A stretch of DNA of 64,000 bases, from positions 73,098,001 to 73,162,000 of the forward strand of contig OZ241829.1 of assembly GCA_965202585.1 (NCBI GenBank), read 5' to 3'. A program made the position numbers and the translations under genes. Position 1 is the stretch's first letter; the number at the start of each line of letters is the position of its first letter. Shown one piece after another: positions 37,701-46,759 of the stretch. The stretch comes from Thalia democratica. Taxonomy: Eukaryota. The notes beneath the pieces are model-generated. The model ran no database searches. It worked only from the letters and a program-made list of their open reading frames with translations, and had not been told where the DNA came from.

Positions 37701-40700
37701 TTTTAATCAACATAATCAAATGATATTTGAATTTGTTGTAGAAACATACATAACTCTTTAAAATATACCACTATAATACCACAGTCAAAGCATTCAAACT
37801 CTGACAGCAAATTTTGTAGAAATTATTCAAACCTTAATGCTAAACACGTAAATTTCTTAACACGTAAATGAAACGTTTCTTCCAAACAGCTCCGTTCGTG
37901 AAAGTTGAAGCCGATTCGTTCGGCGAGTTCCAGCAGATCGCGGCAACTGAACCAAGGATGATGACGTCACGAAACGACGTGGTGACGTGGCAGGATAGAG
38001 TGACGTCACTGATGGTGGAAGGATGCAGCAAGATGAACCTGCTTATGTTCCACATGAGTGAGCAGGGGGAAGAGGTGTTGATTGCCAGGAAGCAGATCAA
38101 CTTGACCAACGTTTGTTTTGTTGTATTATTATTTAGATAAACAAGTTGTTATTTAGACTAGTAACTTATACTTGAAAAGAGGAACACGTCTATATGAACA
38201 ATGATTCTATAATTAATCTTTTTCTAACTAGACAGCTACGTAGAAAAGACAAAAAAAAAAACAAAACAAAGATTAAAATTATATTAACAGCTAATATAAA
38301 ATAATTTGTAACCAGAGTAACATAATAAGTTTAAGTTTTAAGTTCGTAATAGTTCAAAAAATTAAGCCATGCGCGAGTTTTAAGGGAATTTATCATTTCA
38401 ATTTATCATGTAGAAATTGTAGATTTATGGCTAAATTAAAACATAAATGAAAGCTTATTCAATTTTTACTGTGACCAAGTTTAAAGTTTATAATAAACAC
38501 AGAAACATCTCGGCGATTACTAAACCTGGCGTAGCACAGGAGTTTTTTAAACGTTATAAACTTTTTTTGAAATTTATTAGTCATACTAAAATTTGATAGA
38601 AAATTTTATTTATAACAAACATTCTCACAGGAACTTTTCGGTGATTTCAACACTTGGCGTCGCACCACGTTCCACTTCAGCGCGTCCAACCTGCAATGTG
38701 ACGTCAGCTTGTCGTTCGAGCGTGGCAGGAGGAGAGTGGAGAACAGCTACGTCACGTTCGGGGTCGACATCGAGTTTGCGGAGAGGAGTGTTGAAATGGG
38801 TATTCCCCTCATTGTGAAAATACTGATTGATAAAATTGAAGAACGAGACATATCACAGAAGGGTATCTACAGGGTTAATGGTGAGTAAAAATTAGTTGTT
38901 AATACAAAGTAACATAACACACATACAACATCAAACACGATGTAAATTTTTATAATAAAGGAAGAAGAATAAAGCTTTTAACTATTTAAACAGGTCAACA
39001 CAAGGAAGTCTTAGATCTTATGGAGCTGGTAAAAACTGGTAAGTTATTTTTTAATAATTATGATTTAACTATTATTTGTAATTATTTGAATTTTTAAAGT
39101 GTATAAACTGATTAAATAGTTTTAAACAGAAAGCAAGATAATTCAAAGTTATAATTCATGTAAATATTTTTAATCCTGATAAACAAACAGAGGGTAGTGA
39201 AGCATTGCAACAAGCCATAGTTGATACCGATTTGTATACCTTGTGCTCACTCCTGAAGAATTACTTTAGTCAACTGCCTGATCCTCTCATCTGCTCCAAG
39301 TTCTACCAGTGAGTTGTTAGAAATACTGATAAAATAGTTGTGACGTAATAAATGAAATGATTGTTTTGTATGAGCACTTTTGAATTTTGATACAGTAAAT
39401 TTTCAAAAGAAGGACTTTAGAAGATGATAGTTGAATATTTTGTTTCAACTTAATAAGTTTTATAGACTTAGAGTTTTTAACATAAGAACTATTTTTTAAA
39501 ACAATAAGTATTTAAAAGTTAGTTAGTTTTAGTTATATTCTTACAAGAGAAATAGTTAATTTAATATTTCATGTTTTATAGGGAGTGGGTGAAACACTGA
39601 TAAAATAGTTGTGACGTAAAAAATGATATGATTGTTTTGTATGAGCACTTTTAAATTTTGATACAATAGATTTTTTAAATAAGAGCTATATTTTAAAACA
39701 ATAAATATTTACAAGTTAATTAATTGTGGATATATATTTTTATAAGAGTTAATTTAATGTTTAATGTTTTATAGGGAGTGGGTGAACGCGAGCCAGCTGA
39801 CTAATGAGGAGCAGAAGATTGATGTTTACACGAGGTTGCTATTTGCTCTTCCTCGAATAAACTTCCGCACTTTGAGAATTCTCAGCCTTCATCTTGTTAG
39901 GTTTGATTTTGTTGATATTATTTTGGGTTGTTTGTGTCATTATAAGTTAAAAAAATATCAAAATTAAAGCTATTACAGTAACTATTGATAACGATACTTT
40001 AAAAAACTAAAGTTTTAATCTGAATTTTAACTTGTGGTTTACTATAAACATTTAAAAGCATTGACATACAAGTATTTGATGAGTTCATTGCTAAAAGATT
40101 GTTAGCATTAAAAGTATGCTAATTTAAAAATATACTTTCTATCATTCAAACACATTTTAGTATAACAAAACAAACAGTTACATTCAAACTTAAAATGTTT
40201 TTTATTCAATTAGGGTGTCGAAGCATCAGCACACCAACAAAATGAACATGGAGAATCTGAGCACAGTATTCGCTCCAACTCTCCTGTATGACCCCAAACA
40301 ACTGCTCAACCCTACTGTTAGTATTTACAAGTTGAAAAATAACAAACTGTAAACTTGTACGATGTATCTAGATACATTACTTATAGTGTGCTATCTGATG
40401 ATAAACTAATTTTAAGTCCTTATTTCATTGTCTAGGGAGTTTATTAGAAAAATTATTAGAATTTTTTTATTTTATTTTTTAAACGAGTAAATATATAATA
40501 CTAACCCAAAAAGTTGCTTATGCTAATTTAACACTCAAGTAAGTACTCGATCTCAAGTTAGAACGGATCTACTTAATTGTTAAGTTGCTAAAAATTAAGT
40601 TTGTTATTTAAAAAGTTCTACAATCTGAGCAAATATATTGCACAGTATAAACTTTCAAATTAAACAGAAGCAAAAACTAATACTCAGACAGGCAGTCTTT

Positions 40701-41431
40701 AAATTAAAAATACTAAAAAGTTTGTTCAAACTTAATACATTAATAATATGGTTTAACTTGCCAAAGTAAAAGTGCTGAAAATAACAATCAAATAACTTAT
40801 TTTAAATCTTCATCATAGATCAACCTACCAAACTGCCAGGAGAGTCTGGCGTTTATCTTTGAGAAGATAGATTGGTCCAAGAATAGGAACGAGCTGATAT
40901 CTTCGGTGGAACAGAAGAATGTTTCATCTTCCACAGAAGTCAGGCCTCCCAACTTGGATCTGCAGAAGCCTTATCCTAGAAGGTTTTTAAATAAATGAGT
41001 TTTTACAAAACAAAATTAATAGATATGCATAACTGTACAGCTTTATGTTTTAAAATTTGAACAAATAGAAAATCGTTTAAGTAAGAGTCATCAACCAAAA
41101 AAAAGAGGTATAAACATTTTCATAAGAATAAATTTATTTAATATTTGTTTGGCAAAATGAGAATTGATATTATTATGTAACAATATTTTTTTGTTAATTT
41201 TAGTTTTGTAATTTTTTTTCTTCAATTGATTTAAAACCTTGCTGATAAAGTTTGATTAAGACGGTAGAGCTGTTTAAACTAAAAATATATAATAGTATAA
41301 GTACTGTACACATATATACGAAATTTGGATAAAGTTTACAAACTATTCGCAGAAGCCATGACTACGAAACCATTCGGCCGCTGATCCAGGAGCCTTCGAC
41401 GTCAGCGAGCAAATTCAATGAGTACTTGTAA
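1704..41431 (+). CDS. BCR: BCR/ABR-family RhoGEF(DH)-PH-C2-RhoGAP protein, 30 predicted coding exons, about 1200 aa; the 5' end may extend upstream or start at Met 1724
   Basis: Phase-consistent GT-AG exon chain read by hand: 1704-1861, 3243-3440, 4280-4330, 9751-9822, 17020-17103, 17152-17199, 17248-17295, 18538-18646, 20711-20783, 21416-21569, 21930-21983, 22451-22594, 22923-23114, 23637-23850, 24216-24322, 26123-26263, 27554-27639, 32935-33020, 33822-33934, 34281-34396, 37167-37338, 37544-37646, 37890-38110, 38631-38880, 38994-39038, 39191-39308, 39775-39900, 40214-40316, 40819-40982, 41353-41431 (TAA). Domain order and motifs match human BCR/ABR as I recall them (e.g. LDVTVHSASGF vs LNVIVHSATGF; VEADSFGEF vs LEVDSFGYF; GIYRVNG; TNKMNMENLSTVFAPTLL). 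BCR vs ABR orthology cannot be resolved here. The N-terminal exons are less certain than the domain exons. Confidence 0.9.
7051..9344 (-). CDS. Orphan protein of 547 aa (acidic helical-repeat N-half, Ser/Asn/Gly-rich C-tail), nested antisense in BCR-like intron 3
   Basis: Exons 9344-8286 (ATG; 353 codons), 7981-7855, 7747-7649, 7514-7416, 7310-7051 (TAG). All junctions are GT-AG and phase-consistent (0,1,1,1). An acceptor tttcag lies just upstream at about 9376. GC-rich against the AT-rich background. No recognisable domain. Confidence 0.7.
10440..11960. promoter_or_regulatory. Candidate divergent internal promoter pair
   Basis: Two CpG-retaining islands (about 10440-10720 and 11690-11960) carry the inverted shared motif CGCG..AAAA..ATCACTGTTG, each followed by a GA-rich tract. 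Confidence 0.3.
17020..17295 (+). repeat. 96-bp tandem exon+intron array (48-nt exon / 48-nt intron)
   Basis: gttga/gtaga-cggaatcagctacagtagtcgcgatatgaacactcct recurs with period 96. Introns 17104-17151 and 17200-17247 are GTTAGT...TTAG. Confidence 0.85.
17319..17655. repeat. Intronic minisatellite, 115-bp unit x3
   Basis: Units start at 17319, 17434 and 17549 (aagaaa(a/g)ggtgtag...). Each contains the palindrome aacagtatactgtt. Confidence 0.9.
19708..19803. mobile_element. Short hairpin (MITE-like) element with 34-bp inverted arms, TA-bounded
   Basis: Arm 19708-19741 vs the reverse complement of 19770-19803 is identical at 32/34 positions; 28-nt spacer; both ends read TA. Confidence 0.55.
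22451..26263 (+). CDS. DH (RhoGEF) domain exons of the BCR-like gene
   Basis: KKRFIMIFAVAKNDLKYLNQLE / SRPVISEAEFNILFYKVVELMEAQREF / VTPVRHPDYPLLRT align to BCR DH (RKWVLSGILASEETYLSHLE / [27 protein letters not shown] / HTPASHPDHPLLQD). Confidence 0.85.
27554..37338 (+). CDS. PH domain exons (BCR-type, with helical insert); the domain begins at the end of exon 26123-26263
   Basis: GPMVE|VFPDGSKKLRYCFL, QYELKNFVQLSDVTFQ and MLFLLSSEMQVADWKEKL match BCR DSFMVELVEGARKLRHVFL, QYDCKWYIPLTDLSFQ and YTFLISSDYERAEWRENI. Confidence 0.85.
37544..38110 (+). CDS. C2 domain exons of the BCR-like gene
   Basis: TGELDVTVHSASGFDAVCAPFVKVEADSFGEFQQIA matches the BCR C2 N-terminal strands. Confidence 0.85.
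38631..40982 (+). CDS. RhoGAP domain exons of the BCR-like gene
   Basis: TFGVDI...IPLIVKILIDKIEERDISQKGIYRVNG (arginine finger), SLLKNYFSQLPDPLI, LPRINFRTLRILSLHLVRV, NKMNMENLSTVFAPTLL. Confidence 0.92.
39321..39784 (+). repeat. Tandem duplication of nearly a whole intron plus the start of the next exon
   Basis: Unit 1 is 39321-39591 and unit 2 is 39592-39784. Both begin aaa(t/c)actgataaaatagttgtgacgta and end atagggagtgggtg. Confidence 0.85.
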
Positions 41432-43040
41432 ATCATCATCAAAAATATGCTCAGTAATACGTAAAGTGACGTAAAGAGATTGTGATACGTCATAATCTTA
41501 ATTCTACTGCTGATTTGCTAGTGAGCGTCTTTTGAGCTCTTTTTGGTGTGTGAGAGTGTTCTTGTTCCATCACTAGCTTCATAAAAAGTTTTAAGCTATT
41601 TTATTTTACAAATACCAAGTAATTTTCTAGTGACATGTTGTTGAATAATTAAGTATTTAAAACTTCTTTTATTGGTTGTTTATTAGAAAGCCTAAAGCTG
41701 TTTTGAGCTCATCAATGTTGTTCCAAGTAGAATCGCATTCATGACGTCATCACTGCTTAACGTAGACGTCATACATAATAATGACGTCATATACAGATGT
41801 GACATATTGTTACATAAGTTTTTGTTTTTGATAAAACTATAGTTTTGTCGATTTTCTTTGTTGATAAGTTGATAGTTCTTTTAAAATTTTAGTCTCACTT
41901 ATTAGAAAACTTTTTTTTTTCTTTTTGACCAAACTTACTTTTCGATTATCCTTTGAAGCTGTCCAAGCTTTTATGGTGTATTGAGGTTTCATATAAAATT
42001 TAATGAAAGTATTGTGACCTTGTGTGTTTGAATTTCCTTGTTATTAAAAGAAATATGCATTTTAACTATTTTCTTTTTACTCGAGTTTAGTACAAAGTTG
42101 TACACTACTAAGTGATGAACTACTATAGTTTTGGTAAAAACCACCTTTAAAAAATTCCTTACAAATTTCTTATAAGTGCTTTCTAGTTAATCATTCTTTA
42201 ATCAAAACTTAACACTTGATTTTACATTCTCTTACTCCATACTATAGTACGTTTAATTTATTCTTGCAGTTAAATCTTGTTCTTATTTAATTCAAGTGCA
42301 GTTCTAAGCTATTGTTGACAGTTCTCATAATAATGTGTTTACAAAAGATTCTTTTTTTTAAGCTGTTTTTTATTATTTTATGGCGTCACTTTTGCATATT
42401 CAAGTTTTTGGATGCAAAGTTTGAAAGCCTAATACTTTTTATGCTTTTTTTTCGTATCAACAAAAACGTTTTATTTTGCTTAAAATCAAATTATTATTTG
42501 AGGAAATAAAGCCAAAACTCTACGTTTTTTCTAACTTTAATTAACTGCTTAGAATAAAATTTTTAAGCTGTTATCATGTTGCTTTTCGCTTTAATAAATT
42601 TTTTTAACTTCTGCGATTTTTTTGTTCATAAACTAAATACTAATTTAATTGTGTTTATTTTAGAAGAAAAATATAAAAAAGTAAACTCAATATTAATCAA
42701 TAAACGGTTTTAGCAATAAAGTAAATTATTATGTGAAAGTGAGTTTCATAAACTGTTATGTTTAAAGAAACTTTGTTTTGATAAGCTATAAGTAGAAAAT
42801 AACTAACTTTAAATATAAGGTAAAGTAATAGTTTTACTTTTATGTTTTAACAATGTAATTATCTAATGTGAAAAGTCTAAGGTTTTTTGTTTGAAAAATT
42901 ATGATTTAAGACTTGAATTAAAACTAGTTTACTATTTAACGATAAGTTACTGATAGCTTACTTTATCAATAAGAAACTTTTGGACTCTCTTGAATGTTTT
43001 GTTTTAGTATAAGTACTTACCAAAATTATACAGAGTAGAC

Positions 43041-43303
43041 CAGGGTTTCTCAAAATGGGCGGTACCACCGCTTTGGGGAAGATTTTAGTAAGTTTGGGGG
43101 AAATAATTAGTAAAGGGGCTACGGGGGGAATTTTAAAATTTGGACGAATTAAAATTTTCGAACTTACACTAGATATTCTTGATTTGCAGATGAAAAACAT
43201 AAAAAAAGGTATTTTGTGTTTTAAATGGTAGCCTTGTTGGAGGGGCAACAGCCTTATTAATTTTTTAAAGAGAGCAATTAAAAAAAAAGTTTGGAAAACG
43301 CTG
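43041..43303. mobile_element. hAT (Charlie-like) MITE, 263 bp
   Basis: TIRs CAGGGTTTCTCAAA / TTTGGAAAACGCTG (11/14). 8-bp TSD gagtagac / gaatagat (6/8, TAGA core). Confidence 0.7.
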
Positions 43304-43943
43304 GAATAGATAGACCTTATGAAAATTATAATATTATGATAAATTCAAATTTTGTACTACGATTAAGATAAAGTAGTTCGGAGCTTGACCCAAGTAACAG
43401 CTTTTTTTTGGTTATGTTTTTCATGTAAAAATAGTTTTCTTTATGGTGGGCATATAGAAATTCCAGTACATGGTATTGCATAATTAAAACTTACCTTATT
43501 TGAATTTTGATTCTGAAAATTTTATAAAATATGTTTTCTAATTTTATATAAGGCTAGAATAAGTTTCATGTTCTTAATTCTATACATTTAACATTGAATG
43601 AAGTTAGTTTATAAAAGCCAAAAACTGTTAGCAGTGCACAATATCTTCTTCAAGGTAAGTTACATTATCTTTTCAAATTTTAGAAGCTATTGTTTGCGTT
43701 TTATTATTTAATCTTAAATTTCGTAAAAATATTTATTTCAAAATCTAACCTGTCGATAATCGTAACTTTTTAATTGTTATAATGAAAAAATGTGCATTTA
43801 TACAGTGAGTCGTAAATATTGTGCAGTAAACAACGAAAAACCCCAATAATGTTTATATACAACATAAAGTAAAGGCAATGAAACAAATAAAAGTAAACAG
43901 AATTACTATCAATTCGAAAACAAATGTTTATCTATTCAGCATC

Positions 43944-45611
43944 TTAAAGTTTTTCAGCAAGTTTTTGGTATTTATCCTCAACTAAAGTTTTGTAACTATT
44001 TTCACAAATATCTTCAAACTCTTTTGACAACTTATTAAATCTTATTTCTATAAATTGAAAATCAGTGCCTATGTCGTCATATTTGAATATGTTCCAATAA
44101 TAGTTCACAAACATACTGTTAATATTCAACTTACTGTCAGTATATTCGTCGTTAAACTTTTTTAATTCATCGAGGAAAATATATGTTTTAGATGCATCAA
44201 CGTCAATATGTTCAAGCATAAATTTGACTTTTCTCAAAACAAACTCAACTAAGCCCCCACAATTTTCCAACATATTTTGTATACAGTCAAACTTATCCTT
44301 TAGAACTTTTTGTTTTCCGTCTGATAGTTTCATAGAGGTATATTTTAACTTAATTCCCGCCTCTTTCCAAATTTTTTCCTTTAGATTGCAAACAAGTTTA
44401 AAAAAATTTTGCATGTAGTTATTATACTTTTGGTTTGTCTCCTTTTCACGTATATTATTAAGTCGAGGGCAAATTTTACCATACAATTTTGCTGCTGATG
44501 TACCTTTTGCTAACTGATCGAGGTTTTTCTGAAGTTCATTTTCTTCAACTTTTATTAGTCTGAGAGTCTCCTCAAAAACATTTTGCTGCTGAAGTAAATC
44601 GTTACGAAGTTTTAGAACCTTTTTCTCAGAGTTTGGTCTCGTTTTCTTTTTACGTTTTTTCTCAACACTCTGTAACTTATTATTTGAAGGACAGGCTCCT
44701 AAAATTACTTCGTTATCAAAAGCTTCTACACTTTTGACCTTCGTTTGTTCTTGAGTTTCCTTATTATTATGGCTTGTACTTTTTGAAGTTGGTTCTGAAC
44801 AAACCCCTAAACTAACTTCTTGACTTTGATCTGTCAACTGGTCTGGATTTTTCTCATTAGTATTTGCCATGTCTGAATAATTTTTGGAGTTTGACCCTTT
44901 ACAGCTTGAATCAAATTTTGGAATTGATTTTTTACAGTTTAAATCAAATTTTGAGCTTGACTTTTCAGAGTTTGAGTCGATTGTTGAGGTTGACTTTCCA
45001 TAATTTGAGTCAATTTTAGAGGTTGACTTTTCATTATTTGAGTCAATTTTAGAGGTTGACTTCTCATTATTTGAGTCGATTTTTGAGGTTAAATTTTCAG
45101 AGTTTGAGTAGATTTTTGAGGTTGACTTTTCAAAATTTGAATCGATTTTTGAGATTGACTTATCATAATTTGAGTCGTTTTTTGAGGTTGGCTTTACACA
45201 GTGTGAATCGGTTTTCGAGATAGACTTATCACTGTTTGAACTGAGTTCACGGTTACTTACCGATATCTTTCGGATTACTTCCTTACTTACAATTGGAGCG
45301 GCATCACTTTTACTTTTATTTGTAAACAAACATAAACCGTTTTCAGATTTGCTGTTTTTGAATTCATGTTTAGCTAATTTATCTTTACTAAGTTTCGACA
45401 CAACTGTAGGTTTTGTAGAAAAGAGTTTTGAAATATTAATGCCTTTCTTCAAAACATTTTTATTTTGTACAAAATCATTCTCTAACAATCCGTTTAGTTT
45501 ATTTTACTTTTAAATGAAATACCGAAATGCACAAACTGTAGCAGATATACCAGCTACACCCAGAATAACTTTGCTTAAACTGACATCAAAACTTAATCTG
45601 AGTTTTATCAT
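43944..45611 (-). pseudogene. Anchored-family copy 1: ATG 45611, in-frame TAA at 45512-45510 and 45506-45504, then 514 open codons (pseudogene or non-canonically expressed)
   Basis: MIKLRLSFDVSLSKVILGVAGISATVCAFRYFI*K*NKLNGLLENDF... is colinear with copies 2 and 3. The downstream frame is uninterrupted to 43944. Confidence 0.7.
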
Positions 45612-46582
45612 TTTACCAGTTTTACAAAACACTCACCTGTAAGTAAAAGTATCAACAAATTGTTTTTAATAAAACTTAACAATAATAAACGATTAAGTTT
45701 TTCAAAACTTTTAGCCAAAAGAGGCAAGCTAGCTTCTATTTAGTTATAAATGTTTTTGTAATTCTTTTTTCTTATTATATGTTTTGATTTTTAGACACCA
45801 AATAAACAGATCTCAACTACTATAGAAGAAATAATGAATTTATTTCTTTAAGACTTTATTATAATACTTTTAAGACAAACCAAGTTTTGGTCAAAGACCT
45901 CGTCAGTGCTTAAATAAATGTTATTTAATATTTTCTTTTTTCTTATAAAATTTTAGTTGGAAACGTATTTAGCAAAACATAATACATTTTTTAAGTATAA
46001 AATACATTTAAAAATTTTATTAACTCATGCTTAATATAAAAGTTATTTTTCAAAGTATGTTTTTGTTTGTTTGGGTAACTAATTAAGGTATTTAAAGTAA
46101 AACTTATCATATTTTAATCAGCTTTGTTTTTGTAACTATCTGTAAAAAATACAAATTTTTAACTGTTTATACACAAAACCTATCAAAAATAAACTTAAGC
46201 TAAAAAGGGTTTTAAGAAAAAATCTAATAAACTATAAAATTAATAAGTTCTGAGTTAAAGTGTAAGTTAACTAAACTTAAATACCTAGTTTATTTTATTA
46301 CCGACCTAAAAGTAAACATTTTCATCAATCATGATTATAAGTGAAGTTTTTAAAAGAATGCACAATTTTATATGTACTTGAATTTAAATTAACAAAATAT
46401 ATACCTATTGGATAAAGTTAAACTTTTTTGCAGTTGTTTCAACGTTTTTTAGTTTTTTTGTTTAATACAAATTATAGATGTGATACAGTAATATAGCAGA
46501 AAGAATTAACATTATGCATTATAAATATTATTAATCTACAATAAACTATAGTTTTCGATTTTAATAAACACACATATAAAAA

Positions 46583-46626
46583 CTTGGCTGAAGACGCGTA
46601 TTAAACGCAGTAACAGCTGTCCAAAG
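46583..46626 (+). ncRNA. Degenerate minimal type I hammerhead ribozyme (Penelope-type)
   Basis: cttgg-CTGAAGA-cgcgt attaa acgca-G(T)AA-CAGCTG-TC-caaag: palindromic stem III and core A13 changed to U. (TA)12 lies 33 nt downstream. Confidence 0.6.
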
Positions 46627-46658
46627 AAAACCTTTACTTTTTGTATTTTAGTTTTAAA

Positions 46659-46682
46659 TATATATATATATATATATATATA
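46659..46682. repeat. (TA)12 microsatellite
   Basis: Direct reading. Confidence 0.9.
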
Positions 46683-46759
46683 AACAAACTATACAGTAAT
46701 CTTCCTTTATTCTACCAACATATGTTTCTGTGTGTCAACGAATCAACACACTTCAACTG

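Noticed and set aside
42958-43248. 96-aa minus-strand ORF
   Set aside because: It lies mostly within the hAT MITE; no splice or homology support.
45504-45512. Nuclear genetic-code change (TAA as sense) to explain the stops in copy 1
   Set aside because: The BCR-like gene and copy 1 itself terminate at TAA, and no other coding exon contains in-frame TAA.
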